This document shows, in pieces, positions 8,284 to 17,242 of a stretch of DNA of 32,000 bases (the first letter of the stretch is position 1; each line of letters starts with the position of its first letter). The DNA lies in the NCBI RefSeq assembly GCF_014396165.1, contig NZ_CP060715.1, forward strand, positions 2,100,001-2,132,000, in the 5' to 3' direction. The position numbers were made by a program, and so were the translations under genes. Origin of the DNA: Erysipelothrix inopinata. Its GTDB lineage: Bacteria; Bacillota_I; Bacilli_A; Erysipelotrichales; Erysipelotrichaceae. The notes under the pieces were generated by a model that was not told the DNA's origin, did not search any database, and was given only the letters and a program-made list of their open reading frames with translations.

Positions 8284-9127
8284 AAAAATAGCTATCGTCG
8301 TTGATTCAGGATCCGATGTAAACAAGAAATTTAAAGATCAATATAATATCAAAAGCTTGCCCCTACGAATCAATATTGAGGGAAAAGAATATATTGATGG
8401 TGTTGATATTGAAATGGCAGAAGTTTTAAGAAGACTTGAAGAAACAAAAGTAACTACTTCCCTTCCTTCCGGTCAAGACATTGTGGATGCTTTAGAAGCA
8501 CTCAAAAACGAGGGATACACTCATGTGATTGTCGTTACGATTTCTTCGGGTTTAAGCGGAACTTACAATGCAATCCGTAATATAAGTAATGATATTGACG
8601 GACTTACAGTATCCGTATTTGATACTAAAAACATCAGCTTGGGTAGTGGTCATCTCGCAATTCGCGCTGCACAAAACGTTGAAAAAGGCATGTCATTTGA
8701 TGACGTTGTTAACGACTTGCATGCGTCAATCAATCAATCAAAAGTATTCTTCACTGTCGGATCTCTTGATTACCTCATTCGTGGTGGACGTATTGGTCAT
8801 GTAGCAGGAACAGTTGCGAACATCTTAAATATTAAACCAATCATCTCATGTAACGAAGAAGGAATTTATCATACTGTAGATAAAGTACGTGGTGAACGAC
8901 GTGTTATTAAGAAAATGATCGAAGCATGTGTTAGCTTTGCAGAGAATGCAAGTACAAGTAAAATTGAATTACTTACGGCTAATCCAGAAACAAACTATGA
9001 TGAATTGAAAATTTCATTAAAGGAAGCAATTCCATCACTCACAGAGATTGGTATCACCGTTATCTCACCCGCACTTGCAATCCATACAGGACCTGAAGTA
9101 CTTGGTATTTCAATTATAATCGACTAA
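8276..9127 (+). CDS. degV: DegV family fatty-acid-binding protein
   Basis: I prefer the ATG at 8276, with SD AAAGGAGA 7 nt upstream, giving MSEKIAIVVDSGSDV. This start overlaps the DUF1836 stop by 8 nt. The track ORF start at 8210 lies inside the upstream gene. Confidence 0.9.
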   Translation: MSEKIAIVVDSGSDVNKKFKDQYNIKSLPLRINIEGKEYIDGVDIEMAEVLRRLEETKVTTSLPSGQDIVDALEALKNEGYTHVIVVTISSGLSGTYNAIRNISNDIDGLTVSVFDTKNISLGSGHLAIRAAQNVEKGMSFDDVVNDLHASINQSKVFFTVGSLDYLIRGGRIGHVAGTVANILNIKPIISCNEEGIYHTVDKVRGERRVIKKMIEACVSFAENASTSKIELLTANPETNYDELKISLKEAIPSLTEIGITVISPALAIHTGPEVLGISIIID

Positions 9128-9136
9128 TTAAAAAAT

Positions 9137-9185
9137 AAAACTGTAACCATAGAGACATCTCAAGAGTCCTTATCGTTACAGTTTT
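9137..9185. terminator. probable bidirectional terminator between degV and ftsK
   Basis: An 11-bp stem, AAAACTGTAAC paired with GTTACAGTTTT, flanked by A and T runs. The loop is unusually large at 27 nt. Confidence 0.45.
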
Positions 9186-9193
9186 TCTTTTAT

Positions 9194-11491
9194 CTAAATT
9201 TCTTCTTCATCTGGTTTAACATAAACATCACGGGGTTTGCTACCATTCGCAGGTCCAATAACCATGTTTGTTTCGAGTGCATCAATGAGGTTTGCAGCTC
9301 GGTTGTAACCAATTTTAAAGCGACGTTGTAATAAAGATGTCGACGCTTTTTGTTCAAGAATTACAAAATCAAACGCTTCCTCATAAAGTGGATCATCATT
9401 TTTACTCACAAAACCATGATTTCCTTCGACACCATTCAATTGAATGAAAGCATCATCGAAGATTGGTTTAGCTTGTGAGCTGGATCGTTCTGTAATTTTC
9501 TTAACTTCTTCATCACTAACATAAACACCTTGAACACGAGTTGCGTTGGGTTCTCCCATTGGGATATAGAGCATGTCTCCATAACCTAATAACTTCTCAG
9601 CACCTTGAGTATCAAGTATTGTTCTTGAATCAATGGCTGATGAAACTGCAAATGCAATTCTTGACGGAATATTAGCCTTAATAATTCCTGTCACAACATC
9701 CACAGAAGGACGTTGTGTCGCAACGATTAAGTGAATACCAGCAGCACGAGCAAGTTGCGTAATTCGTTGAATACTAGTTTCAACTTCTTTACCAGCAACA
9801 GCCATGAGGTCTGCAAGCTCATCGATAATGACTACAATCCAAGGCATCGGTGAAAGTCCCTCTTCTGGGAAAGCTTTGACCTTCTCATTGAAACTTGCGA
9901 TATTTCTAACGCCTGCTTTTGAGAATGCATCATAGCGCGATTCCATTTGTTCAACAACTACTTTTAATGCCCCCGAAGCTTGTACAGGATCTGAAATAAC
10001 AGGTCCCATTAGATGAGGGATATCAGTATAAGGTGTAAATTCAACCTTTTTAGGATCAATCAACAATAACTTTAATTCATCCGGTGTTTTAGTAAGAAGA
10101 ATGGATGTGATAATTGCATTCATACATACTGATTTACCACTACCGGTTGCCCCTGCCACAAGTAAGTGAGGCATTTTATTCAAGGAAACGATAATTGGAT
10201 TCCCCATCAAATCTTTTCCCAATGCAACTTGAACGTTATCTTTATCTTCAAACTTCGTACGGGCTTGAGCAATAACATCACGCATTCTTACTGGCATCAT
10301 TTCTACGTTTGGAATTTCAATTCCAACTGCAGATTTCCCAGGAATTGGTGCTTCAATTCTTAATGTTTTAACTGCAAGTTCCATCATCAAGTTATCTTGA
10401 ATCGAAACAATTTTACTAATTTTCACATTACTATCCGGTTTCAATTCAAACTTAGTGACGGCTGGTCCAATATGGATGTTAACGAGTGTCGCATCAATAC
10501 CAAACTGTTTTAGCACTTCAATAAGGCGTTGGCCTTTTTCTTTTGCTGAAGAATCATTTTGAGCCGATCGTGATGAACCTTTTGTTCCTTCTAATAAAGA
10601 AAGTGATGGCACCTTGTACTTCTCGTAAGTCGTAGGACGTTTATCATCCTTTGGCTTTTCAGGAGCTGGAGCTGATGTTTCTGAAACAATGGTTTCTTCT
10701 TCACCAATCTCATCCGGTTCTAGAAATGCAATCTGACCATTATCCTTAGTAATAGTGTTCTCAGGTAAATCATGATTGACATGTTGATCATCTAGATTTA
10801 AGAATTGTGCTTTTGTTTTTTGTGGTTGGTAATTCTGTTCAATCATCTCATCAACAGAATTAAGATTTTCTTCTTTTTTCTCTGCCTTCTGTTTTTGTTT
10901 TTCTTGTTTATTTTCTTTCATCTTCTCAAATAAAGATTTTGTTTTCTCAGTTTGAGTCGATGCGGTGGATAACATTCTTTGTGGTGTCACAATCAATGCT
11001 AATCCAATCAATCCAAAGACAACTGTAAAGACAATGACGCCTTCACGATCCAGTAGATACGATAACAGTCCGTAAATTAAAGATCCAATAATACCGCCAT
11101 AAGCAGGAACTGTATCATCACTAAATATCTTCGGAATATCTTTAAGATATGCTGTAAAGACATTAAAACCAATGACGTCCGTTTTGAACGTTAGGCTTAG
11201 GATAAGTACCATCGCAATAAAGAGAAGTCCTACTCCAAACCATACTCTAACCGTTTGCTTAAATACCTGAGGTTTAAAGATCAGTAAGCCACAAACGACA
11301 ATAATTAATACATAATAAGGGATGACATATTGCCCCACAAGAACACGTAAAAGGCTATTGATGAAGACCCCTATGATTCCAAATTTAAACCATCCAACAA
11401 GTGAAAAACCAATAATTGCTATCGCTGATATAAAGCGAATGAGCTCTTTTTGTTTTGCTTGTTCTTTTTTAGTATTCCCCTTTTTTGCCAA
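9194..11491 (-). CDS. ftsK: DNA translocase FtsK/SpoIIIE
   Basis: 765 aa. N-terminal multi-TM region and a charged linker, then the motor domain with Walker A (VAGATGSGKS). The C-terminal winged-helix gamma domain reads LLQRRFKIGYNRAANLID. TTG start with a GGAG SD. Confidence 0.9.
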   Translation of the reverse strand: MAKKGNTKKEQAKQKELIRFISAIAIIGFSLVGWFKFGIIGVFINSLLRVLVGQYVIPYYVLIIVVCGLLIFKPQVFKQTVRVWFGVGLLFIAMVLILSLTFKTDVIGFNVFTAYLKDIPKIFSDDTVPAYGGIIGSLIYGLLSYLLDREGVIVFTVVFGLIGLALIVTPQRMLSTASTQTEKTKSLFEKMKENKQEKQKQKAEKKEENLNSVDEMIEQNYQPQKTKAQFLNLDDQHVNHDLPENTITKDNGQIAFLEPDEIGEEETIVSETSAPAPEKPKDDKRPTTYEKYKVPSLSLLEGTKGSSRSAQNDSSAKEKGQRLIEVLKQFGIDATLVNIHIGPAVTKFELKPDSNVKISKIVSIQDNLMMELAVKTLRIEAPIPGKSAVGIEIPNVEMMPVRMRDVIAQARTKFEDKDNVQVALGKDLMGNPIIVSLNKMPHLLVAGATGSGKSVCMNAIITSILLTKTPDELKLLLIDPKKVEFTPYTDIPHLMGPVISDPVQASGALKVVVEQMESRYDAFSKAGVRNIASFNEKVKAFPEEGLSPMPWIVVIIDELADLMAVAGKEVETSIQRITQLARAAGIHLIVATQRPSVDVVTGIIKANIPSRIAFAVSSAIDSRTILDTQGAEKLLGYGDMLYIPMGEPNATRVQGVYVSDEEVKKITERSSSQAKPIFDDAFIQLNGVEGNHGFVSKNDDPLYEEAFDFVILEQKASTSLLQRRFKIGYNRAANLIDALETNMVIGPANGSKPRDVYVKPDEEEI

Positions 11492-11506
11492 TCCCTATCA
11501 CTCCAA

Positions 11507-13165
11507 TCAAACTCTAATTTCAATAATTACAGGTAAAATCATTGGACGTTTTCCTGTTTGTTTATATACAAATTTTGACATTAAGTCACGTGCTTCATTA
11601 CGAGCTGTGATGTTGTCATATTTCTTTTCTTTAACCATTTCCGCAATTTTATTTTCTAAAATATTGCCAACTTCTTTCATCACGTTATCTGCGTCTTTAA
11701 GATAAATAACGCCACGTGATTGAATATCAGGACCACCAATAACTTCTTTAGTTTTATTATTTAAGACGATACCCACAATAATTGCACCATCAGTAGCTAA
11801 TGTTTGACGATCACGTAAAACAAGTCCTGATGTATCTAAATGATCTTTACCATCAATCAGTAAATCTTCGAGTTTCACGATTTCTGATGTAGACTTCAAG
11901 CGTCCATCCACAAACTCTGCAACTTGACCATTATCTAAAATTACGATATTAGCGGCCGAGATTCCCATATCAGTTGCGATATTTGCATTCGCAACAAGGT
12001 TCTGGTACTCACCTTTCACGGGAACATAGTAACGAGGTTTGAAAATTGATATCATCATTTTCAAATCTTCAATTGAAGCATGCATCGATAATACTTCTTT
12101 ATAGTTCATGGTTGTGACACCCACGCCATCTTTAAAGAGTTCATTGACCATAAGCCCTGCTTCCGCTTCCGTACCAGGTACTTCAGGGGATGCAACGATT
12201 ACATGATCGGTTTCTTTAATATCAACGACTTGATCTTCGCCCATAGCAATACGGGTCATTTTTCTGAAGACAGTTGGTCCGACGTCAGAAACGATAATAA
12301 TAACGTTTTTAATATCATTGTTAAATTCTTCAGGTGCTATTTCCAAGTTCTTAGGTAATTTAATGTAGTTTAATTTTTCTAAGTGACGCACTAAACGACG
12401 TTGTTTTTCTCCATAGAAGAAAATGCGACGTTTGAATTTTTGAGCTGTTTCGATTACTTCCATTAAACGATAAATATTTTGTTCATACAAAGTAACAAAT
12501 ACGCGTTCTTCTGTATCTTCAAGCACACGTTCAAGGCGTTTATCAATACGATGGTTTGGGGATGTAAATCCTGTACGTTTCGCACCGACTGATTCTGCAG
12601 TGAGTAAGAAAACACCACGTTTTCCAATCTCTGAAATGCTTGCAATATCACTTTCAAACGATGCATTTTTCACATTGAAATCAATGATGTATTCCGAACC
12701 GTGAACAATATATCCTTGATCAGAACTGATTGCTATCCCAAATGAATCAGGAATGGAATGTGTAACACCAAACGCAACACATTCTCGGCTATTAATTCTA
12801 AAACGTCCATTACGTTTAATTCTAAAAATACTGGTATTGCGAATTTTATTTTCTTTGAAGATATCTTCAATCATTAAAGCGATAAGTGGTGTTGTGTAGA
12901 TGGGTGCATTAACTTCCTTGATTAGGTAAGGAAGAGCTCCCATGACATCATCATGACCATGTGTAATAAAGATCCCTTTAACACGATCAGCACGTTGTTT
13001 TAAGTAACTCATATCAGGAATAACTGTTTCTACTCCTAATTGATCTGTTTGAGGGTATTTTAACCCTGCATCAATAACGTAAATTTCGTCATTGATTTCA
13101 ACTAACGACATATTTTTGCCGTCTTCATCGAGTCCTCCTAATGCGAGAAAACGAATTTTATCCAT
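11507..13165 (-). CDS. rnj: ribonuclease J family protein with degenerate active-site motifs (J2-like)
   Basis: 552 aa. N-terminus IRFLALGGLDEDGKNMSLVEI...VIDAGLKYP, with metallo-beta-lactamase/beta-CASP architecture. Motif 2 reads THGHDDVMG instead of HxHxDH. Confidence 0.85.
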   Translation of the reverse strand: MDKIRFLALGGLDEDGKNMSLVEINDEIYVIDAGLKYPQTDQLGVETVIPDMSYLKQRADRVKGIFITHGHDDVMGALPYLIKEVNAPIYTTPLIALMIEDIFKENKIRNTSIFRIKRNGRFRINSRECVAFGVTHSIPDSFGIAISSDQGYIVHGSEYIIDFNVKNASFESDIASISEIGKRGVFLLTAESVGAKRTGFTSPNHRIDKRLERVLEDTEERVFVTLYEQNIYRLMEVIETAQKFKRRIFFYGEKQRRLVRHLEKLNYIKLPKNLEIAPEEFNNDIKNVIIIVSDVGPTVFRKMTRIAMGEDQVVDIKETDHVIVASPEVPGTEAEAGLMVNELFKDGVGVTTMNYKEVLSMHASIEDLKMMISIFKPRYYVPVKGEYQNLVANANIATDMGISAANIVILDNGQVAEFVDGRLKSTSEIVKLEDLLIDGKDHLDTSGLVLRDRQTLATDGAIIVGIVLNNKTKEVIGGPDIQSRGVIYLKDADNVMKEVGNILENKIAEMVKEKKYDNITARNEARDLMSKFVYKQTGKRPMILPVIIEIRV

Positions 13166-13220
13166 AATAAAAATCTCCTTTTTGTTTTAAATTTATGATT
13201 TATGCTTTATTCTTATTTAT

Positions 13221-13249
13221 ATTATACACTAGAACGAATAAAGTTAATA
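13221..13249 (-). promoter_or_regulatory. candidate promoter of rnj
   Basis: A perfect TATAAT on the minus strand (13226-13221), about 55 nt upstream of the rnj ATG. The -35 is poor (TATTAA at 17 nt, or TTAACT at 15 nt). Confidence 0.3.
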
Positions 13250-13384
13250 ATACGAACACCTAAGCATGATCATTGAGTTTTGTACTCAATATAATAGAGA
13301 AACACTCTGTAATACATTGTATCACAATAATAAGCTCACACATAATTAATTAACCGTCATTTAGGAAAGTTTTATATTAAATGA

Positions 13385-13413
13385 AACACTCTCCATCACT
13401 GATGAAGAGTGTT
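13385..13413 (-). terminator. intrinsic terminator of the adhesin operon
   Basis: Minus strand reads AACACTCT-(13 nt)-AGAGTGTT, starting 3 nt after the stop codon and followed by a T-rich tail (TCATTTAATAT). Confidence 0.55.
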
Positions 13414-13415
13414 CT

Positions 13416-16400
13416 TTAATCTCGTTTTCTTGTCCATTTTGAGAGGAAGTACAAAACAATTCCCATCAGTGACAATTCAAATCCTAGGGATTGAATCCTT
13501 CCTGCAATTCCTGTATTAGGAAGGATATCCTTTGTATTTGAGTGCGGACTCTTATTTGCACCCAGTACATAGGGGTTATTGGGATTTCTTGGATCAAATG
13601 GTGTATTCGAATGATTCGTGTTAGAACCCTCTTTTCCATTGAGCCATTCTTGGTATTCCTCGGGCGTCATTTCACTGACATCAATATCAGAGCGTGTGAA
13701 TTTGTGAGTTACTTGATTTCCTTGGATGTTTCTTTGATAACCTGGCAAGTATGTGAGAACTTCGATTCGATATTCAAAAGGATTGCCACTCTTATCATTA
13801 GTTGGCAAATAAGACCATGTGTAATGGGAGAGCCCCTCTTTCAACCAAATCGGATTGCCAAAGGGTTCTTCATTTTGGAGTAGTTGAATTTCAATATCGG
13901 GTTTCTGTTTAAAATCACCCAACCATTGACTGAAAACTGTGTAATCTTTCAACTTAGGAATGTATGTATTGATTACCAGATTGTTGTAGATACTTGTTTT
14001 AAAGTCAGGATGTTCATTTACTTGGATAACATGATACTCATAGCGATTTCCTTCATAATCTTCTTTAGGAATGTTATGCCATTGATATTGACTCATCTCA
14101 TTCGAAATCTCCACAACATCACCGTAAGGATTATTATTACGCATTAATTGAAGCTTGATCACTGGTTTTGTTTTAGGACTGTTAACCCAAATCAACTTAG
14201 CCTCATAACTTGTTACTTCTTTTCGATAGGTATTAGTAATGATATTTTCATGAACTGATTTTTGATATCCATGAGGTACATTCACTTCATCAACATGATA
14301 GCGGTACTTCTTACCTTGTTCATCTTGTAAAGGTAAATCTTGCCATTGGTACTCTAATATACCAGATTTTAATGTTATAGGTTTTCCGTAAGCAACATCA
14401 TCACGATAAAGTTGAACTTGAATATCCGGTTTAAGTGTGGGTCCGCCCTGCCATTTTTTAATGACTGTGTAGTTTGTTTTTAAGTTTCGAAGTGAGTGTA
14501 CAAAGGTTACATCATGATTACCGCGAGTGATGACTCCCTTTATTACGCGACTGTGCGGTATTGGACTATATGTATCATTTGCTAAAACTTCAACTTGATA
14601 GTTCATTCCTTGAGTCAATCCCAAAATCTCAATAGATTCATAGCTATTAAAGAATACCAATCCTGAATCAGTATCCATTTCTTGGTTAAAATGTGGATTA
14701 CGAATATCTTTCTTAACATAAGATCCTCTGTAAGGCTTACCGTTAATTAAAATTCGATATACGAAGTTATCATTGTTAAAGTAAAACTTTTGATCAGTAT
14801 CACGAAGCTTGTTATGAATGGTTAAACGTGATGATTCAACATAAAAACCACCATTAATTGTGTCTGTCATCGTTTCTTCATCAAGATTAATGCGTTCTGA
14901 GATTCCCGCATGATCGATAGTTGATCCATTCACATCAATGTTTTTATCCGTAACATGATATCCGTCAGGAACTTCAAAAACAACCCTGTAAGCTCCCTTT
15001 GTGTACACTGGAAGTGTATACTTCCCTAGAGAATCCGTTTGAGTTTCATACACGTTGCCCCATGGATCCAAGGTCGGGTTAAGTTCTTCATCAACTAACT
15101 TTACATTGAGATTAGATAAAGGAACATCATTGGTATCAAAAACACCATTACGATTCGTATCCTCGAAAGCCAACCCATTGACACTGTATTTTACGTAACG
15201 AACTTCAGATATGTTTGATTCAAAGAAATCTAAAGTAGGGGTTGTCGCAATCGCATAAGAGCTTAATGCCCGTGAGCCTTCATCATAATCACCAATGGTA
15301 CGTAGTTTGATTTCAAAATCGATATTCGTGACTTTTCCAAGTGACGCCGAATCTTTTAATTCAATTTTGATTGCCGTTGCCTGTGTGTAATCATCAAGAC
15401 TTTGTTGCCAGTGAGCCTCTCTAACAAAATCACTTTCATCTTGGGTGTAAGCATCTTGGGTATACGATACAGTAAATCCGTCAGGAACACTTACGGGTTC
15501 TGCGAGCCGAAGTGTCATTTCTGAGTAAAAGGTATTTGGATCTAAATTACGATCAATCATGGCTTCGTTCACACTCAATTGACCTTCGGTTGGAAATACT
15601 TTTAGAAGAGTAAATGTATCAATCGGGTCTTCTGAATTATTAAATACTGAAAGAAGATATGAAATGTCTTGGTCTTGCTCGGTTCGTGCTTCTCCTGGCG
15701 GAAGCAGATGATGTTGGTCAAGATTCCCACGAACTCTTTGCGTAAGAATGACTTCTCGCGTCGCTATATAACGAATCGTTCGGCGACTGCTTGAAATTTG
15801 TGCTTCTTGATTTAAGTTGAGTTTGTAGATATCGTCAGTTACATTCATATTATTGCTGTTTGACTGATAGGGTTTAATGACATCACTATTCGTCCAGGTC
15901 AGATACGATTCGTTTTCATTATCACCCATAGCCGTCATTTTTCCAATTTGAAGTTGATACGTAACTTCAGAAAATGTAGAAAGAGATGTTGACAAGAGTC
16001 CCGTATGTTCAACAGTTTCCAAGTTCCAAACTAATGCGGTTTTACCACTGTTTTTATAGTTAGGAATAACTGTGGGTTCTGATTTAACCTTACCGTTACT
16101 TTTTACTATATTAAAGAATTTCACACTTCCTGAGCCTTCTACATAGCTCATACCTTGTGGAATAAAATCCACGACAGTTAAATTATCGAGAGTCTGCTTA
16201 TTGTCTAACATGGTTCCTCGAATTTTCAACTTATAGGATACAGTATCATTCAGAAAATAACTAATTTGTGGCATATCAATTTCTTTTTGAATTCCAACTG
16301 ATGGATCAACCTTCATAATCGTTAAGGTATCGCTACTACTTTTGGATACCATTTGTCCATTTTGGAGTCTTCCAGTAACAGCAGCATAGTTATGAAGTGA

Positions 16401-17228
16401 ACGACGTGACTCATGTTGGGATAAAATGTTTGATGCCGTATCTCTGAAGTCAGTGAGAACATAAAATTCTATATTTTTACCACCTTCAAGAAAACTGCCT
16501 TCTGTAAAACTAATTTCTATCGAATCAATATCATCATTCTGAAATGATACAGTTTCTTTTCCTGTCGGATACCAATTAGACTTCACACGAGTTTTTCTTT
16601 GGTCTTTAGAGATGACATCAATATTAAAACTACCAATAAATCCATTCAATGAATTACTATCAAACTGAAGACCCGTATATTTTAAATGACTATCGAGATT
16701 GTAATCACGAATAATGACATCGCGTAAACGGTTGTTTGGGGTAGGCTGGGCACTGTTATTCAGTCGGATACGCCATTGCCCTACTTTTTCCTTTGACTGC
16801 GTAGCATCAAAGTATGTGCCTGCTCCATACTTATAAAAACTAATCGGATCTTGTACTGCTGGAATATCCGCCTTTAATCGAAAGGTTGACGGTGTTTCCC
16901 AAACAAGTGGCGCCTCATTCATACCTCTGTCTTTTTGGTAAGCTGTAATTTTCAAACTTCCTTCTATCGTTGAATCAATTTTTCCGTTGGGAAACTTAAG
17001 ATTTAGAGGTTCTGTACTCGATTTTGACTTAGAACCCATAACAATCGGAGATTGAGGTTCATCAACATAGGTAACAGTTCGTTTCTTTTCATCATAGCTC
17101 CAATTTTTATTAGCTTCTTGGCTAAAGAATGCTCCATCAGGTAATTGATATTCAATCACAATTTTTTCAAACTCCCGATTTCCCCAAGTATTTGATACAT
17201 TGGGTGAAAGTTGGTAGGCAAACTTCAC
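13416..17228 (-). CDS. LPXTG cell-wall-anchored adhesin, C-terminal 1270-codon fragment (no signal peptide of its own)
   Basis: C-terminal sorting signal: LPNTG (13509-13523), a hydrophobic stretch, then KWTRKRD. It has three Cna-B-type repeats, an SdrD-B-like block (NGLAFEDTNRNGVFDTNDVPL...TDSLGKYTL) and a DUF11-like block (LTVVDFIPQGMSYVEGSG). The track start is a GTG, and the frame is actually open upstream to 17294. Confidence 0.85.
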   Translation of the reverse strand: MKFAYQLSPNVSNTWGNREFEKIVIEYQLPDGAFFSQEANKNWSYDEKKRTVTYVDEPQSPIVMGSKSKSSTEPLNLKFPNGKIDSTIEGSLKITAYQKDRGMNEAPLVWETPSTFRLKADIPAVQDPISFYKYGAGTYFDATQSKEKVGQWRIRLNNSAQPTPNNRLRDVIIRDYNLDSHLKYTGLQFDSNSLNGFIGSFNIDVISKDQRKTRVKSNWYPTGKETVSFQNDDIDSIEISFTEGSFLEGGKNIEFYVLTDFRDTASNILSQHESRRSLHNYAAVTGRLQNGQMVSKSSSDTLTIMKVDPSVGIQKEIDMPQISYFLNDTVSYKLKIRGTMLDNKQTLDNLTVVDFIPQGMSYVEGSGSVKFFNIVKSNGKVKSEPTVIPNYKNSGKTALVWNLETVEHTGLLSTSLSTFSEVTYQLQIGKMTAMGDNENESYLTWTNSDVIKPYQSNSNNMNVTDDIYKLNLNQEAQISSSRRTIRYIATREVILTQRVRGNLDQHHLLPPGEARTEQDQDISYLLSVFNNSEDPIDTFTLLKVFPTEGQLSVNEAMIDRNLDPNTFYSEMTLRLAEPVSVPDGFTVSYTQDAYTQDESDFVREAHWQQSLDDYTQATAIKIELKDSASLGKVTNIDFEIKLRTIGDYDEGSRALSSYAIATTPTLDFFESNISEVRYVKYSVNGLAFEDTNRNGVFDTNDVPLSNLNVKLVDEELNPTLDPWGNVYETQTDSLGKYTLPVYTKGAYRVVFEVPDGYHVTDKNIDVNGSTIDHAGISERINLDEETMTDTINGGFYVESSRLTIHNKLRDTDQKFYFNNDNFVYRILINGKPYRGSYVKKDIRNPHFNQEMDTDSGLVFFNSYESIEILGLTQGMNYQVEVLANDTYSPIPHSRVIKGVITRGNHDVTFVHSLRNLKTNYTVIKKWQGGPTLKPDIQVQLYRDDVAYGKPITLKSGILEYQWQDLPLQDEQGKKYRYHVDEVNVPHGYQKSVHENIITNTYRKEVTSYEAKLIWVNSPKTKPVIKLQLMRNNNPYGDVVEISNEMSQYQWHNIPKEDYEGNRYEYHVIQVNEHPDFKTSIYNNLVINTYIPKLKDYTVFSQWLGDFKQKPDIEIQLLQNEEPFGNPIWLKEGLSHYTWSYLPTNDKSGNPFEYRIEVLTYLPGYQRNIQGNQVTHKFTRSDIDVSEMTPEEYQEWLNGKEGSNTNHSNTPFDPRNPNNPYVLGANKSPHSNTKDILPNTGIAGRIQSLGFELSLMGIVLYFLSKWTRKRD
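13689..14474 (-). repeat. three tandem ~87-aa Cna-B-type domain repeats inside the adhesin (protein-level repeats, diverged at DNA level)
   Basis: Repeat 1 is NYTVIKKWQGGPTLKPDIQVQLYRDD...YRYHVDEVNVPHGYQ. Repeat 2 is SYEAKLIWVNSPKTKPVIKLQLMRNN...YEYHVIQVNEHPDFK. Repeat 3 is DYTVFSQWLGDFKQKPDIEIQLLQNE...FEYRIEVLTYLPGYQ. Confidence 0.7.
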
Positions 17229-17242
17229 AAAACTAAGCTCAT

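Noticed and set aside
11322-11705. 127-aa plus-strand ORF spanning the ftsK/rnj junction
   Set aside because: It is antisense to two well-supported genes and is typical of a shadow ORF in AT-rich DNA. The same reasoning applies to 4026-4322, 4774-4971, 4990-5178, 6006-6191, 6338-6547, 7376-7600, 8589-8804, 10166-10363 and 12463-12666.
13542-14147. Two plus-strand ORFs (113 and 87 aa) inside the adhesin gene
   Set aside because: They are antisense shadow ORFs within a 3.8-kb frame that has clear Cna-B and LPXTG features. 17421-17609 is rejected for the same reason.
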